From contig CM119267.1 in the NCBI GenBank assembly GCA_051294375.1, forward strand, positions 5,446,578 through 5,510,577: a DNA stretch of 64,000 nucleotides, in the 5' to 3' direction. The translations under genes and the position numbers were made by a program. Numbering within the stretch: position 1 is the stretch's first letter; every line of letters begins with the position of its first letter. The stretch is from Paraspadella gotoi (Eukaryota > Animalia > Chaetognatha). The notes beneath the pieces were generated by a model, which was not told the DNA's origin, did not search any database, and saw only the letters and a list, made by a program, of their open reading frames with translations. Positions 13,080 through 25,700 of the stretch are shown in pieces.

Positions 13080-14742
13080 TCACAAAATTTTCCAAATAGC
13101 GTCGCACCTCAAGAACATCAGCAGCAGAAGCAGCAAAGTGACGCCGACGAAGACGGAGATGATGATGGACAACGTGATCAGTGTCGCGCTCTAAATCGTT
13201 GAGCAAAAATGAAAAAAAAAAAGTTATTAAATGACAAACAAAACCTATGAAAAAACTATAAACTTTACGAAATACATCAGACACCATGATAAGGGACACC
13301 TGCAATAGCGGCTGCTTTTCAGATTTGCCAAGAGCTGTCTGTCCGTTGCCGCCGAACTCGCCGCCCACGTGGAGAATAGAGATGTTGCGGACAACGTCCC
13401 CGACGCGGAGTCTGAGGATCGAGAGGTCAGATGACAGCACACGAGACAACCACCCGTCTTTGCGACTTGCGTTGAGAACGAGCGTCACCCGTACCCCGCC
13501 ACTGATTGGCTCTAAATCCTGGAAAAAATCATTCGAGAATAGCCCGATAAGCATGATCTAACAATGTTACAATTGTGACATGATATGCCCGAAGCTCACT
13601 TGTATGAAGGTATAATTCGAAGGTTGAGGCATTGAAAACCCATCGGTTGAACCTGAAAAAGAGAAATATTTCTTAGAATTTTCTATGATCTCTCTCTTTT
13701 GTTCTCTCTTTCCATTTTTTCTGTTTTTCTCTCTCTCTCTCTCTTTCTCTCTCCAAACTCACTAGAGATGAAATTCCACTCCAGTTCCTTGGGCATCGGC
13801 GGGGGATGTGCGTAGATATCACAGGAGACGGAAGACTTTCTCGACCGAATCGAGAGAGACTCTGGACACGAGACAAGGGGACCGAAGGCCATGTGGAGAG
13901 TAACAACCTGGGGGCGTCAAAATGGCGTTGGTTGTGAAACAGGGAAAGCGAATCTTAACACAGAGATAGTTTATAATACGAAGGAATTGGACTCCCAGAC
14001 TGAACGGCTTTTACTGGTACATGAAATCAATAAAAACTATAAATACAAAGTACGAACAAAACGAAAAATGTTTTTAGTAACTTTTTTCGTTATTTAACGT
14101 ACATATAGCCATTAGTCAATACAAGCAATTAAAAATAAGCTTCCTTTAAACTCAAAGTTCCCTCTTTTTCACTGTTTCTATCGCGGCTAGGAGTTCTTCA
14201 TAGAGGCCATTATTAAGGCCATTATTAAGAGACGCAATATTTTTTCTTTCCCTTCCTTTGCAGACTCCGCACCGGCGCAGGCCAGTAGTTACATCCGCGT
14301 GTAACCGGCAGGCGGTTTATGCCGTGAGGCAGATTATGGAACGAAAGTTTAGGCTTCAAGGCCGTCAAAATGAAATATTTTTTTGTCTTAAAAAGATAAA
14401 AAACAGCAATGTAAATTGTCCTATTATTGTCCAATGTCCATGGATCGTCCTCCTCACCTTGAGCACAGAGTGTTTGGGCCCGCGCACCAGAATGGTTACT
14501 TGCCGCGTAGGCTGCGACATGGTGAAGAGCCGCTTGTCCACGTCAACGGTGACCTTGAACCCGTGGCGTATTTTCTTGAAGGTCATGCTTTTCTTTCTCT
14601 CCTGGCTGGAGATGGTCACGCCTAAGGGTAGACAGACCGGGGCGTAAATGTTTGGGGTGGGTAGTTCAAGTGGAGAATGTGGGAGAAAGAAAAAAGACGA
14701 CGTCGGCGCAATGCATGGAGAGGAAAGTGAATTAAAGGAGAG

Positions 14743-14785
<43 letters not shown>

Positions 14786-15243
14786 GAATATATCGATTAT
14801 CTCGTTTTGCTGACCTTTTCATGCTGCTAAAAAGATAGAAATTGCGTGCCATCAGCCTTTTTTATTCACGGCAAACGGTTTTTTTTTCTCGTACGCAATA
14901 AATTTTAGTAAATGGGACATTTCTTTCATATTACCCCTAGACCACTCGGCGTTTTTGATTTAATTTAGTTTCGCGAATAAAAATCCATTTGGATTAGTCT
15001 AAATATATAAATTTTTTTTAATTAATTAAATCTCAAGGGAAAACGATTCGGCACTATTTTCCGGAAGCGCCACTATTTTGTTCCTTAATCCCAAAAATCA
15101 ATTTTAACCGTAATATCTAACCCTTGTAATTCTAGTAATATAATATTGTTTATACATATTAAATACTACATAGCAATATCAGGAAGATTTTTAAAGCATA
15201 AAGGTCTTAATAGCACTATGTCAATTAACCTTCCACTTCAGAG

Positions 15244-15301
<58 letters not shown>

Positions 15302-15412
15302 CTCCCCCTCCATTCCCTGGGCCGTGACCTAATCCTCCGTCCAAGGTTGAAATTTTGCCCAAGTTGTGAGGTCGACGGATTTGTCGCAACAGACTCACTC
15401 GGGGCTTATGAA

Positions 15413-15498
<86 letters not shown>

Positions 15499-15649
15499 CA
15501 TTCACCTGATATGGACCAGTTGATGTCCGTCAGGAGTATCGGAGGATTAGAGGGAGAGAAAGAGTGAGAGAGACAGACAGAGACAGAGTCATTCACCTGA
15601 TATGGACCAGTTGATGTCCGTCTTGAGTATCGGAGGATTAGAGGGAGAG

Positions 15650-15692
<43 letters not shown>

Positions 15693-17720
15693 CATTCACC
15701 TGATATGGACCAGTTGATGTCCGTCTGGAGTATCGGAGGATTAGAGAGCGCTTTGCACGTGAAGTTGAATCTAGACGATTTCATGTGAACGATCTGTAAG
15801 AGAATGACAATAGTTCGGTTATACCCATTACCCAGCGTCTCAGGTCTGAGAAACCTTCGAAACCAACGCCGTATAAATAAAAGTTAAAGTATGTTCGCTG
15901 AAACCAAGACAGCCTGATTCTCCATTATCTACCGGGGCTTCCATTTCCCGCCTCTTTTCTGTTACTCAACGGGTTTTTTCTTCTTTTTTTGTTTTTTTCC
16001 CCCCTCGTTTCCTATTACGCGTTTTTCAATTTTCCATTCGCTCCCGATTTTTTTTTTCGTATCCATTTTTCTTGGCTTCTTTCCTGGATAAAGTTTTTAT
16101 TATCCTGTCTTTTTTCCTTTTATCCTATTCCTTTTTTTTTCTTTCATTTCCTCCTTTCCTTTTTGTACCATTTTCCACTTCCTTTTCTTTTTTTTTTCCA
16201 TCCCGAACGAAACGATTGCTCACTCAACGCGAAGAAGATTAGTCTCCAAACTCGAAACTCCGTTGCGTCGGTCGTCTCGCTCGATTTACTTTTCAGCCTA
16301 TTTTCCGAAAGCGCGCCATTTTTGTTCCTAATCGCTAAATTTAATTAATATTTAAATGTTCAAATATTAATAATCTTTAACCCTAATAACTAACCCTAAT
16401 TTAATACTTAATATTAATCATAATTTTTAATCCTTAATCCTAATATTTAACCTTATTTTTCCCAGCTTTAAACTTTCTCCCTAATCTCTAACGAAAACTA
16501 TAACCAAATTCCTATTCTTAACCCTTAACTTAATATATAAACTTAAAAACAAACTTAATTCTAAATTTAAGCTGAAATGAGGCGCTTTCGGAAATAATGG
16601 CCACCCTTTCTCCCCCCCATTTTTTATTCTCTTTTTCCCCCTCATTTCCTTATTTTTTTCCTTCTATTTAAACCGACGCAACTCCCGCCGCCCCCCCCCT
16701 TAAAAAAAAAGGGAGGAAAGAAGGCGCGCGGAGGTTCCGCTCACCTGGACGGAGGGACAATCTATTTTGGGTCCGAAATGGACGTTAATCTTTGGCCAAC
16801 CGCAGGAAGGAGGATTGGCGGAGGAGTTCCAGTAGAAACCGTAATTGACCTAGAAAGAAAAAAGGTGAGGGAAAAGGTGAGGAAAATGAAAAAAGAAAAA
16901 GGGAGGAATCGACGGTGAAACGATAAAGAATGAAGGGAAAATGGAAGGTTTAAATGAGAAAATGAGAAAGGGATCGAGCTGAGTGTCGATTCGAAATGAA
17001 TGAATGAATGAATGAAAATGAATGAATGAATGAATGAAAATGAATGAATGAATGAATGAAAATGAATGAATGAATGAATGAATGAACGAATGAACGAATG
17101 AATAAACGAATGAATGAACGAACAGTTCAAAGAGCCAACTTTCTCCACTCATTGCCAAGGCATATCTTAACTGATCAATACAAAATTTGAACTCATAAAT
17201 GACTTTAATATTTTCTACTAAACTAATTTTTAAAATCAATGAAATAACCACTGGTTTGCAAATGACAGCTTGTAAAATTGTCACCATGTAAATACATAGT
17301 AGATGAATAAATAAACTAATAAACAACTAACTTTATGATTAATCACTTGTCCCGTAGTTTTTTGTTCTCTTTTTTTTTATTTAGTTTATGAACAAACAAA
17401 TTTCCGCCCCCTCTAGCGACATTCCGTCTCTCCCCATCCCATCCCTCACGTGGCAGTAGAGGCTTTTCCCGTGTTCCTCGATCGACGGCGTCACTTCGAA
17501 GGTCGAGACGACGACGCCGTCCTGCTCCGTCTGGCGCCCTTGGAACTGTTGACGACCCAGAGTCCAGAGGATCTTGGGTCGCGGTGACCCGCCCACGTCG
17601 ACGCGACCACGAGTGCTGCTGTCAACCTACCTCTCGGACGGAGGCGGATTTACTCGCGTTACGCCTGCGCGAATCCCTCCTTTCTCTGGTTTTCGCCGCG
17701 AGAAGCAGAGAGCTTGAACA
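13080..17720 (-). CDS. Ig-superfamily type I membrane protein (C2-set domains; nephrin/sidestep-like architecture); 5' end not resolved
   Basis: Spliceable exons: GGSPRPKILW...VSTFEVTPSIEEHGKSLYCH (~17600-17449); VNYGFYW...FGPKIDCPSVQ (~16848-16745); FTCKALSNPP...INW (~15794-15699); GVTISS...HSVLK (~14622-14458); VSCDIYAHPPP..ELEW (~13907-13762); DLEPISGG...QPLLQ (~13518-13300); TM exon SATLITLSIIISVFVGVTLLLLLLMFL (13190-13080). Confidence 0.75.
15499..15746 (-). repeat. Triplicated ~54-bp exon end plus splice donor, separated by GA microsatellite
   Basis: cattcacctgatatggaccagttgatgtccgtcNNgagtatcggaggattagag starts at 15499, 15590 and 15693. Confidence 0.9.
16296..16601. mobile_element. 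MITE-like element with ~25-bp TIRs and internal degenerate telomere-like (TAACCC/TAATCC) repeats
   Basis: Left gcctattttccgaaagcgcgccatt versus right aatgaggcgctttcggaaataatggc. A related left end lies at ~15050 (ggcactattttccggaagcgccactattttgttcc). Confidence 0.65.
16995..17121. repeat. (GAAT)n microsatellite
   Basis: Direct reading of the tandem tetramer. Confidence 0.95.
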
Positions 17721-18679
17721 GCTGTTAGGGGTGCTTTCGAGAATGGGAGGGGGAGGGGGAAAGGGGGGGGAACAGTGGGGGTGAGGAAGGAGGGTGCGGA
17801 GGAAAGTTAGTTGTTGTTGTCGTTGTTGGAATTGTTTTGCCGTAGTGCCTAGGGGAGGGAAGTCGGAATCGTTTTCTTGCCTAATCCTGCGCCGGCTTAT
17901 ATTTGGTTGCAAGGAGAGAGAGCAGAGCGACGACGGGGGGTGGCGAGGAGCACCGGGGAAGGAGAGAGCGATGGATCAAGGGGTGAGGACGGGAGAAGAG
18001 AGGGAAAAGGGTAGAGACGAGATGAGCAGATATGAGATGAACGTCTGGATGAGCATGTAATGCGGCCTCCTTTCCATTCGGCCCAATCTGGCTTTAATGG
18101 CGGTGATTGGACCTATTTATGGGTCGTGTCGATATGGCCGAGGAGAGAAGAGGAGTGAAGTTAGAGAGAGAGACAGAGAGAGAAGAGAGAGAGACCCTGC
18201 GAGGTGTGATGAACTGAAGTGGGAGGGAAAGAGAAGAGAGAAGTGAGATGAGAGGAGAGAAGAATTGCTATTGCTCTCCCAGCCACCAGAGCCGTACCAA
18301 TCGTCAAAAGGAAAATGAAAAAGCGCTACATCGTCATATCCACCTCACATGCTAGAAGTGTCGTAGAAAATCTTCTCGTTGTACTCGTTCTTCAGGCGAA
18401 AAAAAAATTGTATTGACAACCAGACTATTTTACGTTTGCTTTACGAGTATTGCGATATCTCTCTTCCGTTTTGAAAGCAGAAAATTCCGATGCTCTTTTT
18501 TTTTTTTGGTCCAGCCGACTATAAAATAGTTATATTCTTATCGAATTCTCTATTTTATTTTCTTTCCCGAGATAAGAGTCTTTATTTTCTCTCTATTCCC
18601 CCAAACACCCACCGCCCCCAATTTTTTTTCTTTATCATTCGAAGTTCGGACCGCAGATCCGGACATCGAATAAATACTC

Positions 18680-18693
18680 GTTCCCATGGCAAC
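18680..18693. promoter_or_regulatory. X-box (RFX binding) motif
   Basis: GTTCCCATGGCAAC matches the consensus GTHNYYATRRNAAC exactly. Confidence 0.5.
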
Positions 18694-18831
18694 CATATGA
18701 GAAGCGCGATGGCCGCGAACTGGCCATTTTTTCAGATGCTATCTTGAAAATTATTGCTCGGACGCAGTTGGTAGATGAAGCGGCAAAACGGGATAGAAAA
18801 CGATAGGGATGGAAAAAAAAAGACGAGGGAG

Positions 18832-18869
<38 letters not shown>

Positions 18870-19299
18870 AGGGAGAGAGAGAAGAAAGAGAGAAGAAATC
18901 GATTTCTTGGTTCTTCCATTTTCCCTATTTTTTTTCTTCTCTCTTTCGTCTTCTTCTCTAATGTTCTTCTTTCCATCTTTTGGTTTTTCGATCCACGGTC
19001 GCCATTTTCCTCTAATTTTCCTCCCCAGCCCGCGAGATTTGCCCCAATTATTAATTCCCCGCGACCTCGGGCGTAAATTTCAAAACATCGATCTCGAATA
19101 ATTTTCTGCATTATGATTATTTTCTTTTTGGAGGTGGCGGGAACGGTTTAATCGAATTTTTAAACCTAAAGATATTTTAAATTGGAAAACGGGATGCGAA
19201 TTGCCCTTGTTAAGGATTAAAAAATCCACCCATCTCTCCTCATTCTCACATTCTTTAAATATTTAGCTTCTTTTTTTCAGACGCGAAATAAAATTCGTT

Positions 19300-19359
<60 letters not shown>

Positions 19360-20368
19360 TCCGCTTCGTCTATTAGCCACCTTTTCTCTCTAACGCTTAT
19401 CTTTCTATTGTCTGCATGCTTCTATGATGCTTGTCGATAGACTTCTTCTCGCTAGTCTCTCACTTCGTCGTTCGTATCAACTCCTCTTTGTAATCACTAC
19501 TCCGCCATAAAAAGTATGCCCGGAATAATCGCGACTGCGTATTATAGAAATCCTGAAGTGTGAATCATTTCATGGGAAATAAAAGCAGGCGATGAGCACT
19601 ATTTCTCACCGCTGTAAATGATTCCCTCACGAGCGAGAGAGAGAGAGGAGATAAGGAGAGAGAGACGAGATTGAGATTAGGAAGAGGAGAGAGAGTCTGT
19701 CCTCGAGCGCACACAACTTTTCATATCTTTTGAAATCGGTTTGTAACATCCGGGTAATTAAAAAAAAGCTTCTCATTCATTGCTCCGTATCGCTCTTTTC
19801 ATCTTCGTTTCGCTTATTTTTCTACCTTTTATCTGACAATTTTTCTCTTTCGTAACGTTTTGTCCCCTTTTATCTTGTTGGCCTGTCAGCGGTTTATCAT
19901 GAAATCATGATATTGTACAGTTACAAAAATAGGCCCGCGATTACCGTCGCGTTTTACGTGTTATGCAGACTATAAGCAGATATGTATGTTAAGGAAACGG
20001 CTTGCTAGTTATTGTTTGAGAAATAGAGTCGCTGGTTATATATAAAAAGTTTTTAAAAGTGACTTAACTAAATAACTGTCATGGAATTAACCTCAACAAC
20101 TGCTCCGCGACGAAATAAACAAGGACGGCCTAACATGGCGGCGAAGTGCCGGCGATAAGTTTTTCGGGCCGAGAAAGACGACGTAACATTTGGGCCAACC
20201 TTCTCGTCCGTTTCGTAGACCGGCAGTAAATCATTCCAACTCGCGGGTGGTCTCTCTACATCTCTCTCTCTCTCTCTCTCTCTACTCTACTCTCTCTCCT
20301 TCTCTCATCTCTCGTCTCATCTTCTCTCTCTCTTTTTCCGTCTTTTTAACTTTTCCTCCTTCTCTACT

Positions 20369-22478
20369 CACGGTTCTTTTATAGAGGAAAAAGAAATGGA
20401 AATATACCATCTCTGGAATGATAAAAACCTGAAAGGTTGCGTCTGGACAAGAGCTTAGGCTAAGTCAAAAAATTTTTCCAAACTCAGTTTTTTTTTTAAA
20501 TTGCAGTTGAAGTTGGTAAGTTAATTTTTGAGAAAATTTGATAACTTTTGTATAATTTGCAAAATATAGACTCAATTCAAAACATCTATATGTCAAACGA
20601 TATCAGTAAACCGAGAGCTTTAATTTAAGACACTTCTCAACTTTCCTGCGACTTTTTGGCTAAAAGTTATTAATCAAAATATATTATTTTTTTCTTTAAA
20701 AAAGTAATGGAAATGGTGAGTATTATTGAGAATATAATAAGACTTTAATCTAAAAAATTGAGGATACCAACGAAGTTTTACAGACAGTCTTCTTTCAATT
20801 AATTCATACAATAAAATTTTTCTTCAAGTTAAATAAGGCACATCATCCCCAAAAAATTGAAAAAAATTAATTAAATTTTTTAAATAATTACCACTAATGA
20901 TATGATATAATTTCCTTAATTATATGGTAGGAAACTATAAGATGTGACTTTATTTGAGCCTATTTGCCAACATTTTAACGATAAATATTTATTGAGATAC
21001 TACAAAAAAAGCCCAAAAATCTTAAAAAATGTAATTTTTAATTAATTTAATCATATCTCAGTTCATATATGACTTATTTTAAGTCAAATGATTTTATTCA
21101 GTCAGATTAAAGTCTAAGAACATATTAAATTCCATTTAGTTGTATATTTTATCATAATTTAATCAGGACTATTTAATTTTCAGCCAATTTTACCAAAATT
21201 ACATATACTTTTGCTTTATTTTTACAGCAACAAAGTACTAAAAACAGGTAAATAGAAATATTGATGATTAAATCTGTTAGCCAAAAGACTTAGAATATAT
21301 TTATATAGGTTAAAAATTTTCTCATAAAGATTTCAATGATATGAATGAATCAATAAAATAAAAAATTATATATATAAATTAAAGATATTAAATCTTCTTC
21401 AACTTTAATTTATATATATAATTTTTTTTATTTTAGAACTGTCATTATCATCATAAATCTTTATAGAAAATATTTTTAAACCTATATAATACTTCTAAGG
21501 TCTTTTGGCTACAGATTTTTATCATCAATTATTCTATTTACCTGTTTTAGTTACTTGTTGCTGATTAAAAATCAAAGTATATGTAAATTTGGTAAAGAAA
21601 TTGGCTGAAAATTAATGTCCTGATTAAACATTATTGATTTAAAATAAATACAACTTAATGGGTATTATAATATGTGCCTTACACCTTTAATCTGGCTTGA
21701 AAATAAAATTCATTTGACTTAAATAAGTTTATATGACTGCATGATATGATAAATATAATTCAAAAATTTACATTTTTAAAGATTTTATGGGCTTTTATTT
21801 GCGTAGTATCTCATAAAATATTTATTCCGTTTAAAGAGTTGGCAATAGGCCAAAATGTAAGGTCACATCCTTAGGTTTCTAGTCATATAAATTAATGAAA
21901 ATTATTATAAATCATTTATGGTAATATTTTTAAAAATTAATCGTAGATTTTTTCAACTTTTTTGGCGGGATGATGTAGCCAGTAATCTAGTTTGAAAAGA
22001 AAATTTTATTTATAGAATTCAATTGAAAGAGACTGTTCTATAAAACTAGTTGTATCCTCTATTTTTTAGATAAAGTCTTATTATATTCATCATAATACTC
22101 ACCATTATTTACTTTTAGACGCAATCTAACATAGGAAAACAATAATATATTTTGAATTCGAATAACTTTTAGCCAAAAGTCGGAAGAAAGTTGGGAGTGA
22201 TCTTAAATTAAAGCTCTCGGTTTTATCTGATACATGTTTGCAATTAAGATGTTTGAATAAGTCTATATTTTGCAAAATTAATACAAAAGTTATCATTTCT
22301 CAAAAATTAAGCTTACCAACTTCAACTGCCAATTTAAAATAAAAACTGAAGTTTGGAAAATTTTGACTTAGCCTAAGACCTTTTCCAAGACAGCAACCTT
22401 TTCAGGTTTTTATCATTGCCAGAGGATGTCATATTTTCCATTGCTTTTTTCTTTTTCCCTCCTATAAAAAGAACCGTG
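20369..22478. mobile_element. ~2.1-kb foldback (fully palindromic) non-autonomous element with apparent 4-bp TSD TACT
   Basis: tact|cacggttcttttatagagga ... tcctataaaaagaaccgtg|tact. Arms are reverse complementary along ~1 kb, with the centre at ~21385-21402. AT-rich, no ORF. Confidence 0.8.
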
Positions 22479-22754
22479 TACTATAAAGAAGCTAAAAAAA
22501 AATTATGCAATGTCTTTTTCATCTACTTTCTTTTCTCAAAATGTTTAATTGTATATATTTACGAAAACAGATCTACAGCTCCGATTCTACCAAAAATTAA
22601 TCATCCGCCGAATAATTTCTCTTTTTTTCCCAAATCTTCTTTGTGTTCAGATTTTTTTTTTAGATCTTCTTTCTAATTTCCTTATTTTTTTCCTAAATTC
22701 GATTTCCGATAAAAAAAAAGTTGCTTTTTTTTTTCAAATCTCCACCGACTTGGT

Positions 22755-25700
22755 TTATTCGTGGTCGTCGTTTTCGCCTTCGTCTTCGTCTTCGTTGTTG
22801 TTGTTATCGTCGGCGTCGTCGTATTCCCCTTCGCTCTCGTCCTCTTCGTCCTCTTTCGAGGAGACGAAGTTGGGATCGTCGTCGTCGGCTCCGCCTTCTT
22901 TTTCGCCCTCTTCCTCCGACGAATGTCCTCGATCCGGTCCCGCTTTCGGATCCACTGCTGCTTCGGGTTCCTGGTCGTATTCGTCTTTTTGAAACTGAAA
23001 GACGAATAAATTTTATTAATCGATTGATCGATTGGTGCGTACATTAATTTGATCATATTTATTTGACAAAGTAATTGATTAAATTGATCGATTGCCTGTA
23101 ATTCCTCTTCTTCGTTAGTATTCTCGTCATCGACGACTCCGCTTTCTCTTCTTTCCATCATTTCGTTTTCGTCCTCATCAACTTCTCTGTTTTCGTTTAC
23201 CGCGGCGGCCATTTTGTTTTCGTTTTCGCCGCCACCTTCGTCTCCGCCGCCGCCGTCGTCATCGCCTCCGCCGCCGCCGTCGTCGCCGCCGCCGCCTCCG
23301 TCTATCTCGCCAGCGGCTGCTTGAAAAAAAAGATAATGTTTCGGATTGGAGAGAGAGAGTGGGCGTTGCAAAGGCTTTCGCGACTCATTGGCTAACTGCT
23401 CGTGTCTACTAGGTACCGGGTTCAATTCCAACCCGGTTCATACGTTCCTATCCAATAAGAAGAGGGAGGCGACGTAGCTGCTAGAGGGTGCTAGTCGTTA
23501 GCCATCTTCAGCCCTCAAACCGCCTTATCCAAACTCCCTAATGTCTCGTCTTCCCCTTTCCCCCCCCAACCCCTTACTCATCCACTTCCTCTTCAACGCC
23601 CCCATATCCTCTTTCAAAACGACCCCCTCCAACCCCCTCGATCCTCACAATCGGTTATCGTGACGGTGTCCGTCGCCTGAGCGGCGAGCTTCTTCCTCGC
23701 CAACCGCAACTTGATGTCCTTGAGGGCGATGCGGATCGCGTCCGCTGCCTCCTCCTCTTCCGCGTCCTCGGCGTGGCCCAGGCTTCGGTTGAACGTCTTG
23801 TAGGCCTCCTTCCATTCGCCCATCTTGGCCTCGGATTGGGCCTATTGGTCGTAGGCCCAAGGTCGTGGCGGGGGAAAAGGAGTTCGACGAAGGGGGAAAA
23901 AAACCAAAAGATTAAAAATAAGAAAAAATAATATAGATTAAATACTAAATCCTTCTTAAAATTATTAAAATATTAAAATAGAAAAATAAAAAATAGTGAA
24001 ACAAGTAATTTGCAAATTTTCATAAAAGAAAATGTGACGAAAGTCACGACAATCACGATGAGACGAAAATATTTTTTTTTTTTGGAGGGAAATTTCTTCG
24101 AAATTTGTTACGAGTTCATCGTAACGACGTAAAAAATGTCATTCAAATTGAATAAAAATTCGAATAGTTTATCATGAACAGTCTTGACTCTTGTACCTGG
24201 AAACGATTTTATATTTTTCGATTTTAGCATTAGCGATACATAGTACTTAATTGAAAAAAAAAAAAAATTGAAAAAGACTTATTTTCGAGCCAAATTTTTC
24301 TCTCTCTCTCCGTTTCCCGGTTCAACCTGCAGCACGGAGGCGTGCAGCAACCAGTTCCTGTCGTCGCATTGCACGGCGAAATCGTACGACTTGAGGGCGT
24401 ACTCCTTGCTCCTGGCGTAGTTGCCCATCTCCATGTATGTCCGTCCGATCTCGTGGGTGACCCAAACCGACTCCCACTCGGACTTGCAGAGCTCCTCCTT
24501 CTGCTGCCAACTGCTCAGAGCGCGGAGATAGTTGCCCATCTTGGCGTAGACTCGGCCCATGTTCTCCAGGGCGCGCGACCGGTTGTCGATGAGGACCGGG
24601 TCGCGACTCACCTCCTCCAGGTCCATGATGTGTTCGCGGAGACCGCGGTTGAAGTGGGTGAGTTCGGTGTAGGAAACGCCCATGTAGTTGCGGAGGGCGG
24701 AGATGATCACGCTGAGTTGAGACGAAAGGGAGGGACGAGCGGTTTTTGTTTGTTTATTTTCCTGTTTATTTTTTTTATATTTGTAGCCTCATTTTCATTT
24801 TACAAAAGTAACAAACGTATACGTGCAACCGTATACACTGATTAGGTTTTCAGAGAAAAAGGTCATCCAAAACCGTCTCTTCTCCCAGAAGAACTTCCAC
24901 AAAAAAACAACAACGACGCATTCAAACCCATCTCCACGCCCACTCTCTCCGCCAACCGTTTGTTCGTGATCTCCGCCACGTTCCATTTGGTGGAGGCCGC
25001 GAGAAGCAGACGAGCTTTGGTCAGGCAATCGTCCCATCGCTCCTCTTGCTGCGCCAGGTCAATGTCCTCCAGGGCGCGTTGGATCTGATGTAGGATTTTT
25101 TATGGCGAGAAAGTTCCGAGTTTATGTTATTGACGTTCATAAAAAAACACCCAATCATTAGTGACTTTAGCCATTATTCAACCATTCACTTATTTCAATG
25201 GTCCGAGAGTCACTGATTAATTATTTAATTTATTGATTGACCGAATGATTAATATTTTGACGCGCTGATCGATTCGATTCCACAAAATGAAACGCAGGCT
25301 GACCCAAAACAAGAAAAACGACGCCCCCCTGCCCCTCTCGCACGCACGTGCATGGCGAGCTCTTCCCCGACGAGCCGCTTCTTCTCCGCCTCCGGCTTAG
25401 CGCCCTTCCGCGCGTAGATAGGCTTGTACGCTTGCCAAAAGTCCGCCTTGTCGTCCATGAAGTTGACGGCGTCGACGATCTCTCGTTTGACGGCCTTACC
25501 CACGGGGTAAGTAGGGCCGATTAAGTCGCCCTCGTTCAGGAGGGAATGGAGGTAGGCGTGGTCTTTAAGGGTTGGGAGGTGGAGGATGAGTCAAGGAGTG
25601 GGTGGATGAGGTTATTGCCGTCTCTTTGTTGTTTAGTATTTACATTTGTTTATGTTAAATCAACAACGGACCTGTAATGGAGAATGTCTGAATGGTTAAT

